NCBI GenBank assembly: GCA_965214605.1
Contig: OZ243961.1
Span: 3,712,001-3,776,000, forward strand
DNA from: an uncultured Candidatus Binatia bacterium
Lineage (GTDB): Bacteria; Desulfobacterota; Binatia; Bin18
DNA length: 64,000 bases
Direction of reading: 5' to 3'
Positions 1 to 9,560 of this stretch are shown piece by piece. The notes beneath the pieces were generated by a model that did not search any database, was not told the origin of the DNA, and worked only from the letters and a program-made list of their open reading frames with translations. Every line of letters starts with the position of its first letter. The first letter of the stretch is position 1. Made by a program: the position numbers and the translations under genes.

Positions 1-7
1 TGCTCGT

Positions 8-1426
8 TTACAAAATATAACGCGACAGATCTTCGTCTTTCACAATCTCTTCGAGTTTGTCTTTGACGACCTGGGCGTCAATCTTGATCTCTTGTCCGTC
101 AAGATCTGGGGCGTTGAAGGATAAATCCTCAACTAGGCGCTCTACCACAGTATGCAGGCGGCGGGCGCCGATGTTCTCAGTCCGCTCGTTGACTAGGGCG
201 GCGATACGCGCAATCTCCTCGACCGCGTCGTCCACAAAGGCGAGTTTCACGTTCTCCGTGGCCAGCAGGGCGCTATACTGGGTCAGCAGGGCGTTTTTTG
301 GTTCGGTCAGAATACGAATAAAGTCGTACTGGTTCAGGGCGTCCAGCTCGACCCGGATCGGAAAGCGACCCTGGAACTCGGGAATCAGGTCGGACGGTTT
401 GGCAGTGTGGAAGGCGCCCGAGGCGACAAACAGCACATGGTTGGTGCGGACCATGCCGTATTTGGTGTTGACCGTACAGCCTTCAACTAGAGGTAAGAGG
501 TCACGTTGCACGCCTTGGCGTGAGACATCCGGCCCCTGGACCTGGTCACGACCAGCAATCTTGTCAATTTCGTCAATAAAAATAATGCCGGTCTGCTCGA
601 CTCGGTTTATAGCTTCCCGGACCACTGTATCCATATCGACCAGCTTATCGGCCTCTTCCTGGGTCAGCAGCTCGACCGCCTCAGGCACCTTGAGCCGCCG
701 CTTCTTGGTCTTGTGAGGCATGATGTTGGAAAACATTTCTTTTAACTGGTTTTCCATGTCTTCCATGCCCTGGGGGGCCATGACCTCGATGAAAGGAGTG
801 GTCGGCCGGGTTATCTCGATTTCGACCTCGCGCTCGTCGAGTTTTCCCTGGCGGAGCATACGGCGCATCTTCTCACGGGTGGCCTGGCTGGGCTGCTGAG
901 TTGTGTCGTTGGTGTCTTGGCCGTCACGCTGGCTGAAGCCGGCCCGCGAGGGAGGAGGAGGCAGTAGCAGATCAAGAATCCGTTCTTCGGCCTGGGCCTG
1001 GGCTTTAACCTGAATCCGGTTTTTTTCTTCTTGTTTGACCATATTCACGGCCAGTTCTGTCACATCGCGGACCATCGACTCGACGTCACGGCCGACATAG
1101 CCGACCTCGGTGAATTTTGAGGCCTCGACCTTGACAAACGGCGCTTGAGCCAGACGGGCCAGGCGGCGGGCGATCTCGGTCTTGCCGACCCCGGTCGGAC
1201 CGATCATCAAAATATTCTTGGGGGCGATCTCATCCCGCAGCTCCGGGGGTACCTGCTGGCGACGCCAGCGGTTGCGCAGAGCAATTGCCATAGCCCGTTT
1301 GGCCTTGGCCTGACCGATAATATAACGGTCTAGTTCAGACACAATCTCGCGCGGCGTCATGACCGGCAGCACCGCTTCTTCGGGCTCGGGCGTGGCGGTG
1401 GTGATCGAATTAACGGCGTTCGCCAT
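8..1426 (-). CDS. hslU: ATP-dependent protease ATPase subunit HslU
   Basis: [17 protein letters not shown], Walker [13 protein letters not shown] pore loop, FIDEIDK, C-terminal DLSRYIL. Start set at the ATG at 1426 (MANAV), overlapping the end of hslV. Confidence 0.97.
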   Translation of the reverse strand: MANAVNSITTATPEPEEAVLPVMTPREIVSELDRYIIGQAKAKRAMAIALRNRWRRQQVPPELRDEIAPKNILMIGPTGVGKTEIARRLARLAQAPFVKVEASKFTEVGYVGRDVESMVRDVTELAVNMVKQEEKNRIQVKAQAQAEERILDLLLPPPPSRAGFSQRDGQDTNDTTQQPSQATREKMRRMLRQGKLDEREVEIEITRPTTPFIEVMAPQGMEDMENQLKEMFSNIMPHKTKKRRLKVPEAVELLTQEEADKLVDMDTVVREAINRVEQTGIIFIDEIDKIAGRDQVQGPDVSRQGVQRDLLPLVEGCTVNTKYGMVRTNHVLFVASGAFHTAKPSDLIPEFQGRFPIRVELDALNQYDFIRILTEPKNALLTQYSALLATENVKLAFVDDAVEEIARIAALVNERTENIGARRLHTVVERLVEDLSFNAPDLDGQEIKIDAQVVKDKLEEIVKDEDLSRYIL

Positions 1427-1967
1427 AGGATAGCTCCTCAACCGTAATATGGGCATTGGTGTAGACGCAGATATCTGCGGCCGTGCGCATTGCTTCTTCG
1501 GCAATCGTTCGCGCATCAAGTGCCGTGTGCTTCAGCAAGACCCGGGCTGCGGCCAGGGCATAGTTACCGCCCGAACCAATGGCCAGAATGCCGTCGTCGG
1601 GCTCCAGCACATCGCCAGAGCCCGAGATCAGCAGGGACGAGTCCTGATCGACGACCGTCATCAGGGCTTCCAGCCGCCGTAGCACCCGGTCTGAGCGCCA
1701 ATCGCGGGCCAGTTCGACCGCGGCTCGACGCAGGTTGTTGTTGTACTCCTCAAGCTTTTTTTCGAACATATCGCACAAGGTCAGGGCGTCGGCCGTACTC
1801 CCAGCAAAGCCGGCCAGAATTTTGCCGTGTGACAGTTGACGGATTTTACGGGCCGTGTGTTTCAGCACCGCATCCCCCATGCTGACCTGGCCATCCCCGG
1901 CCATCACAACTCGACCCTGATGGCGGACAGACACGATGGTCGTACCGTGCATGATTTGCCCCTCCAT
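1410..1967 (-). CDS. hslV: ATP-dependent protease peptidase subunit HslV
   Basis: HGTTIV N-terminal Thr nucleophile, [35 protein letters not shown]-rich RBS upstream of the ATG at 1967 (alternative start 1952). Confidence 0.96.
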   Translation of the reverse strand: MEGQIMHGTTIVSVRHQGRVVMAGDGQVSMGDAVLKHTARKIRQLSHGKILAGFAGSTADALTLCDMFEKKLEEYNNNLRRAAVELARDWRSDRVLRRLEALMTVVDQDSSLLISGSGDVLEPDDGILAIGSGGNYALAAARVLLKHTALDARTIAEEAMRTAADICVYTNAHITVEELSYGERR

Positions 1968-2087
1968 TACTCGCCTCCCTCCTCCGAAATGCACAACGGA
2001 AGACCTGTCCCGACAAGGCGGGTCATGACCACTCCCTTGCTGTCTTTCCAGGCCTCGTCCATGCTTCATCATCTGCGCGCTAGCGCG

Positions 2088-3029
2088 CTAAGCGCGCGGG
2101 TGCGCCTTATCATACACTTCCATGAGTCGGTCAAGGTTCACATGGGTGTATTTTTGGGTTGTGGACAGACTGGAGTGGCCGAGCAATTCTTGGATGACAC
2201 GCAGGTCGGCTCCGGCCTCGAGCAGATGGGTGGCAAAGCTGTGGCGTAACGCGTGGGGGCTGGTCTTCAGACTAATGCCGGAAGCCTGGGCGTACTGGGA
2301 CACGATGCGGGCCACACTCCGGGCGGTTAGGCGTCCCCCGCGACGGTTGAGAAAGACAGCCGGACAGGCAGGCGATCGGGAGGCTGCGGTGTGTTTCTTT
2401 GGTGTCAGTAAGCTCGGAATCTGGGCTCGATAGCGAGCCAGACTGTCAAGAGCGTGGCGACCGATCGGCACCACCCGCTCTTTATCACCCTTGCCCTGAA
2501 CCCGCAGGACTTCCAGATTGTAATCCACATCGTTCCAGTCGAGGCTGACGAGTTCACCGACCCGCAGACCGCATGAGTAGAGCACCTCCAGGATGGCCCG
2601 TGCTCGCAAGCCCGACGCGGAGTCGGGCGGCGGGGTGTCTAGCAGGCGAAACATATCGTCGACCGGCAGATAGTTAGGCAGCGGTTGGTCTTTTTTCGGG
2701 GACGCGAGCCGGAGGCTGGGGTCGCGCTGCAGCTCGCCCTCGCGGACCAAAAACCCAAAGAAACTCTTGAGAGCGGAGAGTTTGCGGCCGATCGAGCTTT
2801 TGGCGTGATCGCGGTACAGGGTTGACAGAAAAGCCTGAATCAGGTGGTGGTCGATCTGGTGGACGCCGAGTTGGCGCAACGCAGAGCGCGGACTAGGTTT
2901 TTCAATAAAGGCAAAAAATTGAGCCACATCACTCAGGTAGTTCCGCTGGGTATGGACGGAGACATTTTTCTCTACTCGGAGAAAAACCTCGTAACGAGCT
3001 AGCAAACTTGGGAGCGTTGATGTCTTCAT
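2088..3029 (-). CDS. xerC: Tyrosine recombinase XerC
   Basis: YSCGLRVGEL, GKGDKER, PHALRHSFATHLL, QELLGHSSLSTTQKYTH, C-terminal AHPRA; classical xerC-hslV-hslU synteny. Confidence 0.92.
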   Translation of the reverse strand: MKTSTLPSLLARYEVFLRVEKNVSVHTQRNYLSDVAQFFAFIEKPSPRSALRQLGVHQIDHHLIQAFLSTLYRDHAKSSIGRKLSALKSFFGFLVREGELQRDPSLRLASPKKDQPLPNYLPVDDMFRLLDTPPPDSASGLRARAILEVLYSCGLRVGELVSLDWNDVDYNLEVLRVQGKGDKERVVPIGRHALDSLARYRAQIPSLLTPKKHTAASRSPACPAVFLNRRGGRLTARSVARIVSQYAQASGISLKTSPHALRHSFATHLLEAGADLRVIQELLGHSSLSTTQKYTHVNLDRLMEVYDKAHPRA

Positions 3030-3050
3030 AGTCTGGACAAAAGCAGGAGA

Positions 3051-3078
3051 ATGGTATCAATAAGATGGTATCAATAAG
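3051..3078. repeat. Perfect 14-bp tandem direct repeat (ATGGTATCAATAAG x2) in the divergent promoter region
   Basis: 3051-3064 and 3065-3078 are identical; a degenerate third copy follows. Confidence 0.85.
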
Positions 3079-3122
3079 CCTGTATCGAAGAAAGGGCGGT
3101 GCTGAGAGACAGGGGATGAGCT

Positions 3123-3431
3123 ATGCCACAGTTGCTGACATGTTACCAGTGTGGAGCCGAAATCGCCGTGATTGAGCGAGTCGGACGCCGTGATAGCTGT
3201 CCGGGCTGTGAGGCCGAGGTCCACTGCTGTCTCAATTGTCTGTTCTACGATCCGCACGCGTCAAATGCCTGCCGCGAACCGAATGTCGAGCCGGTCCGAG
3301 ATAAAGACCTGGGCAATTTCTGTGACTATTTTTCGCCGGGGAATCCTGCTGGGCGGCTCACGACCGAGCGGACTCGGGTGGCTGACGCTCGGGCGCACCT
3401 GGAGGCGTTGTTTGCTAAGAAAAAAAAGTAG
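3123..3431 (+). CDS. Cys-rich (zinc-ribbon-like) hypothetical protein
   Basis: CxxC...CxxC...CCLNCLFY...C...NFCDYF pattern with a basic C-terminus; purine-rich RBS. Confidence 0.8.
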   Translation: MPQLLTCYQCGAEIAVIERVGRRDSCPGCEAEVHCCLNCLFYDPHASNACREPNVEPVRDKDLGNFCDYFSPGNPAGRLTTERTRVADARAHLEALFAKKKK

Positions 3432-3447
3432 TCAGAGGGCAGGAGGG

Positions 3448-3858
3448 ATGGATAGGTGGATACCTGTCGTGACCGTGCTCGTGCTCATCGCTGGACTGAG
3501 CGCCTGTCAGCTCGCCGACCCAAACAGCCCACGCGGCGTGGCCGAACGCTTTCTGGACGCTCACTATGTGCAAATGGACCTAGAGGTGGCCAAAGGCTAC
3601 TGTGCCGGCCTGGCGCTCAAGCGTGTTGAGGACGAGATCCGTCTGACTGCAGGGCAGACGATCGATGCCAACACCCGGCTGCCTCGGGTGTACTATACCT
3701 TGGTGCAGGAAACACCCCGCGGCGACACACGCGTTGCCTTACACTATCGGGCCAGGATCTCTGTGGCTGGAGCCGGGGAGTTTCAAAAGGAATTTTTGCT
3801 CAGCCTGCGCAAAGAGCAAGACGGCTGGCGGGTGATGAATTACAGCGAGTTTGATTAA
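3448..3858 (+). CDS. Hypothetical lipoprotein
   Basis: AGGAGGG just upstream of the ATG at 3448; hydrophobic signal followed by an LSAC lipobox; C-terminal DGWRV is typical of NTF2-like lipoprotein domains. Confidence 0.75.
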   Translation: MDRWIPVVTVLVLIAGLSACQLADPNSPRGVAERFLDAHYVQMDLEVAKGYCAGLALKRVEDEIRLTAGQTIDANTRLPRVYYTLVQETPRGDTRVALHYRARISVAGAGEFQKEFLLSLRKEQDGWRVMNYSEFD

Positions 3859-3870
3859 GCCGTCTTCGCT

Positions 3871-4638
3871 ATGCTGCCGTTTCGCCAGCCGAGTGATGCT
3901 CGGATTGCAGCCTTTCTGGCCACCCACGCAAGCCGGCCATACACCTATGACGAGATCGGTGCGTCGCGTACCTCTCCACCCTCAGGCTATGCGGTCGATC
4001 ATCATCGGGTATTGTTAGGACACGGGCTGGCAACCTTTCAAGCCGCCGGTGTGGCGCTGTGCGACTGGCAGATGTTTCGGCTCGCTTGGGTCACACTGCG
4101 GCCAAAGGCGAACGCTGGTGGCCAATTAGGCAAGAAGAGCTCATCGTTCGCCTGTGCTGAGCGGCCTGTGGTCGAGGGGCAAGTCCTGGCCGTTATCGCC
4201 CGGGTAGCCGGGGTGTGGTTTCTGAATGCGTGCCGGATTGTCTATGTGTGGCAGGATGCCGGGGCGATCGATCATTTTGGTTTTGCCTATGGGACGCTTG
4301 ATGCCCATATGGCGTGTGGCGAGGAGCGGTTTTGCGTTGAGTGGCATCACGCCGACGATTCGGTGTGGTATGACGTCTTGGCGTTTTCCCGGCCGCGGCA
4401 TGTGTTGTTTCGACTCGGCTACCCGTTGGCCCGCTGGGTGCAGCGCCGATTCGCCCGTGAGGGTGGAGCAGCCATGGCGCAAGCCGTGGCTGGGGCGGCG
4501 GACGACCGACCGCCGGGGGTTGGAGAAGTCGAGGTCGTGCGTCGGCACACTCCTCCGGCTGAGGTGATCCGCTGGCTTGGTTACTGGGGGGCAATTGCAG
4601 GACTGCTAGGCGGAGCGCTTGGCCAGCTGTTGTCGTGA
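3871..4638 (+). CDS. DUF1990 family protein with a C-terminal hydrophobic extension
   Basis: YTYDEIGAS, NACRIVYV, FGFAYGTL, GEERF, VWYDVLAFSRP motifs. Confidence 0.8.
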   Translation: MLPFRQPSDARIAAFLATHASRPYTYDEIGASRTSPPSGYAVDHHRVLLGHGLATFQAAGVALCDWQMFRLAWVTLRPKANAGGQLGKKSSSFACAERPVVEGQVLAVIARVAGVWFLNACRIVYVWQDAGAIDHFGFAYGTLDAHMACGEERFCVEWHHADDSVWYDVLAFSRPRHVLFRLGYPLARWVQRRFAREGGAAMAQAVAGAADDRPPGVGEVEVVRRHTPPAEVIRWLGYWGAIAGLLGGALGQLLS

Positions 4639-4673
4639 CCGGCGGTGTTGGCGACACCGCCGGAATGAACCGC

Positions 4674-5330
4674 TTATTTTGGCTGGGAGACGAGTCGCAG
4701 GTAGGGTTTGAGAGTTTTCCAACCCTTGGGATATTTTTCCTTGGCCTCGACATCGGACACCGCGGGTACGATAATGACGTCTTCGCCCTGCCGCCAGTTG
4801 ACCGGGGTGGCGACTTTGTGCTGGGCGGTCAGCTGCATGGAATCCAGCACGCGCAGGACCTCGTCGAAGTTGCGCCCGGTGGTCATTGGATAGGTCAGCA
4901 TTAGCTTGATTTTCTTATCCGGTCCAATCACAAAGACCGAGCGAATGGTGGCGTTGTCGGCCGCGGTACGCGGCGCACTACCGCTGGCCTCAGGGTGGAT
5001 CATATCGTACAGCTTGGAGACGGCCAGGTCGGCGTCGCCAATCAGCGGATAGTTGACCGCATGGCCCTGAGTTTCTTCAATGTCTCTAACCCAACTGTTA
5101 TGATCACTGACCGGGTCTGTGCTCAGGCCGATAATTTTGCAATTGCGCTTTTCAAATTCGGGTTTGAGACCGGCCATATAGCCCAGTTCGGTTGTGCACA
5201 CCGGAGTGAAATCCTTGGGGTGTGAGAACAGAATCGCCCAGCTATCCCCAATCCATTCATGAAAGTTGATCGTGCCCTCCGTTGTTTCTACCGTAAAATT
5301 CGGAGCTTCTTCACCAATATGGAGTGACAT
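4674..5330 (-). CDS. 1-Cys peroxiredoxin (Prx6 family)
   Basis: FSHPKDFTPVCTTE active site, YPMTTGRNFDE, ATPVNW; GGAGGAG RBS. Confidence 0.95.
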   Translation of the reverse strand: MSLHIGEEAPNFTVETTEGTINFHEWIGDSWAILFSHPKDFTPVCTTELGYMAGLKPEFEKRNCKIIGLSTDPVSDHNSWVRDIEETQGHAVNYPLIGDADLAVSKLYDMIHPEASGSAPRTAADNATIRSVFVIGPDKKIKLMLTYPMTTGRNFDEVLRVLDSMQLTAQHKVATPVNWRQGEDVIIVPAVSDVEAKEKYPKGWKTLKPYLRLVSQPK

Positions 5331-5461
5331 AATTCTCCTCCCCTGAGAGTGATGTGAGCTGTAGGGTAAACGAAGACCTCCCCCTGATAGAGAGGACCTC
5401 CCCGTTTATCTTCCCTGCAACCTAGCGATTTCCGCCCCTAGAGTCTAGTCTGGAATTGTGA

Positions 5462-6595
5462 CTAAAACCCTTCTAGTCGAGCGACCCTCTCACGGTGGTA
5501 GGTTGCATCTCCAAAGGCAAACTCGTTCCACTTGGCGCGTTTGAACCAGAAGTGCATGTCGTGTTCCCAGGTAAAGCCGATGCCGCCGTGCATCTGGACC
5601 GCTCGGTTGGTGGTGCGCGCATAGACGTCCGACAGCCGAGCCTTGGCCAGTGCCGCGGCTCGCGAGGCTTCATCGGGCAGGGCATCAAAGGCATAGGCGG
5701 CGTACCACACTAGCGACCGGGCGGGCTCAATATCGCTGGCCATTTCTGCCGCCATATGCTTGAGGGCCTGGAACGAGGCGATCGGTCGGTTGAACTGGGT
5801 GCGGGTTTTGGTGTATTCGACGGCTAGTTCTAGGGCTCTCTGAGCTCCGCCCAGACTATCAGCGGCCAGAGCTACGCACGCCGCGTCGAGTAGTCTGGCC
5901 ATGATTTTCCAGCCCTTGCCTTTTTTGCCGACCAGGGCGGTTTTGGGGACGACGACTTGCTGGAACTCGACGCTGTACATGCGTCGAGTCTGGTCAATAA
6001 TATCGAGCGGCGTGATGGTGAGGCCTGGGGACTGGCGTTCGACCAGGAACAGACTTACTCCCTGTTCGGCTTTGCCGGTGGTCCGAGCTACCACCAGTAG
6101 GATATCGGCAACTGCCGCAAACGGGACAAACATTTTTGTTCCGGACAATAGGTAGCCGTGTTCGATTTTTTGGGCCTTGAGCTGTATGCCCCGGGCGTCG
6201 AGGCGATCGTCCCGCTCAAGAAAGGCCAGCGTCCCGATCGTCTGTCCCGAAGCCAGACGCGGCAGCCAGGCATCCTTCTGGGCGGCACTCCCAGCCTGGA
6301 CCAGACCAAGTGTAGTCAGCACCGAAGAGAACAGAAATGGGTCAGGCATAACCGCCCGTCCGATCTCTTCGAGCAGGACTGTCATATCCAGCATACCGAG
6401 TCCCAGTCCGCCGTAGGCTTCGGGGATCAGCAGACCGGTCCAACCTAGGGCGGCCGCCTTGCGGTGGAGTTCGGGTGAGAACCCGTTAGGGTCGCTGTAC
6501 AGCTCCCGCACCAAGGCGGGCGGGCACTCCTGGGTCAAAAATTCCCGGGCGGCGTTTTGTAGCAGTTCCTGTTCCGGTGACAGGCTAAAATCCAT
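5462..6595 (-). CDS. Acyl-CoA dehydrogenase family protein (probable non-catalytic partner subunit)
   Basis: MDFSLSPEQ, LSGTKMFV, RTQFNRPIASFQALKH, QMHGGIGFTWEHD, FGD tail; lacks the SEPxxGSD motif. Confidence 0.88.
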   Translation of the reverse strand: MDFSLSPEQELLQNAAREFLTQECPPALVRELYSDPNGFSPELHRKAAALGWTGLLIPEAYGGLGLGMLDMTVLLEEIGRAVMPDPFLFSSVLTTLGLVQAGSAAQKDAWLPRLASGQTIGTLAFLERDDRLDARGIQLKAQKIEHGYLLSGTKMFVPFAAVADILLVVARTTGKAEQGVSLFLVERQSPGLTITPLDIIDQTRRMYSVEFQQVVVPKTALVGKKGKGWKIMARLLDAACVALAADSLGGAQRALELAVEYTKTRTQFNRPIASFQALKHMAAEMASDIEPARSLVWYAAYAFDALPDEASRAAALAKARLSDVYARTTNRAVQMHGGIGFTWEHDMHFWFKRAKWNEFAFGDATYHRERVARLEGF

Positions 6596-6615
6596 GGCAA
6601 CCTCTCCGACGGCGT

Positions 6616-7806
6616 TTAGCCCGACTTCGGCATGCCCAAACCCCGCTCGCTAATAATATTCTTCTGAATCTGCGACGTCCCACCGCCGATAATCAGACCT
6701 AGGGTAAACATGAACTCATACTGCCACATGCCATTATCGATCACCTGATCTGCCCCGCGTTTGAGCGGTGCGTAGGAGTTCATAATCTCGAGTGCCAGGG
6801 CGCAGATGTCGTGGTTCAGCTCGGTCCCGACCAGCTTATTGACCATCGCTCCGAGACCGGCTTGACGGCCTTTAATGACATCGGTGAGCTGACGGAGCGA
6901 GTGGTACTTCATGGCCTCGACCCGGCTGAGCAAATCGGACAGCTTCTGGCGGATAACCGGATCCTTGGCCGCGGGCCTGCCGTAGCGTTGATGATTGCCG
7001 GCTAGGCGGATTAGGTTTTGCATCATGAGCTGGGTGCGGGTAGTGGAGCCTAGCATATTCCGCTCGTGAAACAGGGTGGCGTTGGCCACCATCCAGCCCT
7101 GGTTTAATTCCCCGACTAGGTTGTCTCGAGGCACGCGCACGTCCTCGAAAAAGACCTCATTAAATCCGGCGTCGCCCGTCATCTGGACCAAAGGGCGGAC
7201 CGTAATGCCGGGCGTTTTCATGTCGATCAGAACGTAGGAGATTCCGCGGTGCTTGGGCGCGTCGGGATCGGTCCGGACCAGGCAAAACATCCAGTCTGAA
7301 AACTGAGCGCCCGAGGTCCAGACCTTCTGGCCGTTGATAATAAATTCGTCACCGATCAGTACGGCCCGCGTCCGCAGGGAGGCCAAATCCGAGCCTGAGC
7401 CGGGTTCTGAATAGCCCTGGCACCAGATCTCTTCGGCGGTCAGGACCTTGGGGAGATAGCGGCGTTTTTGTTGGTCGGTGCCGCACTGCAGGAGGGTCGG
7501 GCCGAGCATGGTCAGGCCCGAGGCCCCGATTAAGCTCGGTGCTCTGGCCAAGATGAGTTCTTCGTTGACGATCGTTTGGTGCATGACATCGCTATCACCC
7601 TGGCCGCCATACTCCTTGGGCCAGCCCATGGCCACATAGCCGGCCTGATGCAGGCTGCGCTGCCATGCTTTTGCGCGTTTGATGCGTTGTGGGTCATCGG
7701 CCGCCAGCTTGCTAAACGCTTTATCCTTTTTGGGGACATTTTTTTTCAGCCAGGCCCGGACCTGTTTGCGAAAGGCTCTGTCCTGTTTGGAATAGCTGAG
7801 ATCCAT
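6616..7806 (-). CDS. Acyl-CoA dehydrogenase family protein (probable catalytic subunit)
   Basis: WCQGYSEPGSGSDLASL, NGQKVWTS, FNEVFF, TLFHER, IGGGTSQIQKNII. Start set at the ATG at 7806. Confidence 0.9.
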   Translation of the reverse strand: MDLSYSKQDRAFRKQVRAWLKKNVPKKDKAFSKLAADDPQRIKRAKAWQRSLHQAGYVAMGWPKEYGGQGDSDVMHQTIVNEELILARAPSLIGASGLTMLGPTLLQCGTDQQKRRYLPKVLTAEEIWCQGYSEPGSGSDLASLRTRAVLIGDEFIINGQKVWTSGAQFSDWMFCLVRTDPDAPKHRGISYVLIDMKTPGITVRPLVQMTGDAGFNEVFFEDVRVPRDNLVGELNQGWMVANATLFHERNMLGSTTRTQLMMQNLIRLAGNHQRYGRPAAKDPVIRQKLSDLLSRVEAMKYHSLRQLTDVIKGRQAGLGAMVNKLVGTELNHDICALALEIMNSYAPLKRGADQVIDNGMWQYEFMFTLGLIIGGGTSQIQKNIISERGLGMPKSG

Positions 7807-7828
7807 AATATCCACTCTCCGGCTTGCG

Positions 7829-8941
7829 CTACAGGTTGTACAGCCGTTTGGCGTTCTCCCCAATAATCTTGGTACGGACCGCTTCCGACAGCGGTGCGCA
7901 GGCTTCCTGAACCTCCTCGACCACGCCTGGAAAGGTGCAGTCGAAGTGTGGATAGTCCGAGCCCCAAATCACACAGTCTTCCAGGCCCATGGCGACCATG
8001 CTCTGCAGGGTTCGTTCATCGGGATCTAGGGCGATAAAGCACTGCTGTTTGAAATGCTCGCTCGGTTTTTGCTTCAGCCACGGCACGTAATGGCCCATTT
8101 TCTCAAAATGGCCGTCCATCCGATCGAGCCAGTAGCCGATCCAGCCCACGCCCGATTCGAGAAAGGCAACCTTCAGACTCGGAAACTTGCTCAGCACCCC
8201 GCCACAAATGATATCCATACATGCGCCTTGTTGTTCCCAGGGATGGCAGACCATGTGGAAGAAAAACGGATCTTTGTAGCGCTCTTGTCCGAGCGTTGGC
8301 ATTTTGGTGCCAAAGCTCCCGTGAATAGCGACCGGGGTGTTCAACTCCTGGGCCTCACGCCAGAACACGTCATAGGCAGGATCGTTCAGCCGTCGGCCAT
8401 TAAACGGGTTGGGGCGGATAAACACGGCCCGCATGCCCAGCTCTTTGACCACTCGGCGCATCTCTGTGACCGCTTCGTCAACATCCTGGAGGGGCAGCGG
8501 GGCAACGGCAAAGAAGCGGTCAGGATACGGCTTACAAAAGTCGGCGATCCAGTTGTTGTAGGCCCGACACGAAGCGGCGGCTAGCTGTGGGTCCTCTAGG
8601 TCGCCATAGATCAGCCACAGGCTCGGATAGAAAAAGGCTTGCTCGATCCCTTCGAGGTCCATATCCTTGACCCGAATGTGGGGGTCATAACCGCCCGGAA
8701 CGATCTCGTCCCAGCCCATAGTTCGGGCTTTCTGCGGGTCGGACAGACCGCCGGGGGTGCATGCCGCGGCAATAGCCATATTCCGGTCGTGGCGGACCTC
8801 GCCATTAATCCTGAGTTTGTCGACGCCGTCACGGTCCCGAAAGATCTGAATTACCCCGTCACGATAGGCCGGCTCGGTATACTCCTGCCAGACGCTTGGC
8901 GGCTCAAGAATATGTCCATCCGCATCAATAATCTGGGCCAT
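7829..8941 (-). CDS. Amidohydrolase_2 family metal-dependent hydrolase/decarboxylase
   Basis: IIDADGH, AYNNWIADFC, FLESGVGW, WGSDYPHFD, GENAKRLY. Confidence 0.9.
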   Translation of the reverse strand: MAQIIDADGHILEPPSVWQEYTEPAYRDGVIQIFRDRDGVDKLRINGEVRHDRNMAIAAACTPGGLSDPQKARTMGWDEIVPGGYDPHIRVKDMDLEGIEQAFFYPSLWLIYGDLEDPQLAAASCRAYNNWIADFCKPYPDRFFAVAPLPLQDVDEAVTEMRRVVKELGMRAVFIRPNPFNGRRLNDPAYDVFWREAQELNTPVAIHGSFGTKMPTLGQERYKDPFFFHMVCHPWEQQGACMDIICGGVLSKFPSLKVAFLESGVGWIGYWLDRMDGHFEKMGHYVPWLKQKPSEHFKQQCFIALDPDERTLQSMVAMGLEDCVIWGSDYPHFDCTFPGVVEEVQEACAPLSEAVRTKIIGENAKRLYNL

Positions 8942-9006
8942 AGCTGCTCTCCTTTTGGCACTCGTGGACGATCACCCCCTTCACTACGCGCAGGCGGCGC
9001 GTCTTG

Positions 9007-9480
9007 TCAACCTAACAGTTCGGGTAGGGCGACGGTGACCCGATTGCTAATCCGTTCCACTTCGCCGTCTGCCCGCACGCCTTTGAGGGAAACGGTACAA
9101 CACGTCTGTGGATCACGCAGATCGTCCCAGTCAATCCCAGCATCGTCCGGAATTGGAAAGCTGGCCGAGACCGAGCCGGCGTAGAGCTTGAACGGCCTGA
9201 GCGCACCGGCTAGCTTGACCTCGGGTTCAAGGGGAAAGACCAGTACCTCGAGGTAGGGCAGGGGTAGCTCGGCGTCCTCGGCCAGGTCATAGTCAAGCTG
9301 AACGGTCAGCGTTTCAACGTTGAAGCGTTTCAGCTCAACCTGTGAGATATGAATCAGAATTTTGCTGGGCTCTGGACCGGAGCAGCCGGACATAACAAGT
9401 CCGGCCAGGGGGAGAAAAACGCCGAGGAGATAGCGGAATTCACGTTTTCGGTGATCGGTACTTGCCTGTTGTCCGCTCAT
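9007..9480 (-). CDS. Hypothetical lipoprotein-like protein
   Basis: Basic N-terminus, hydrophobic stretch and MSGC lipobox-like motif; co-oriented within a minus-strand gene run. Confidence 0.65.
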   Translation of the reverse strand: MSGQQASTDHRKREFRYLLGVFLPLAGLVMSGCSGPEPSKILIHISQVELKRFNVETLTVQLDYDLAEDAELPLPYLEVLVFPLEPEVKLAGALRPFKLYAGSVSASFPIPDDAGIDWDDLRDPQTCCTVSLKGVRADGEVERISNRVTVALPELLG

Positions 9481-9560
9481 GATACATCCCTACGGGTGTT
9501 CTCGGACCGTGTCTCGTCTGCCGAGAGGCTTGGGCGACTTCAACTTTGCCATATTCCAGG

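Noticed and set aside
2075-2088. GCGCGCTAGCGCGC palindrome after xerC as a dif-like site
   Set aside because: Low-complexity GC palindrome with no resemblance to the AT-rich dif arms.
2088-3029. Tyrosine recombinase as a phage or island integrase
   Set aside because: XerC-type C-terminus and xerC-hslV-hslU synteny; no att sites, tRNA or cargo genes.
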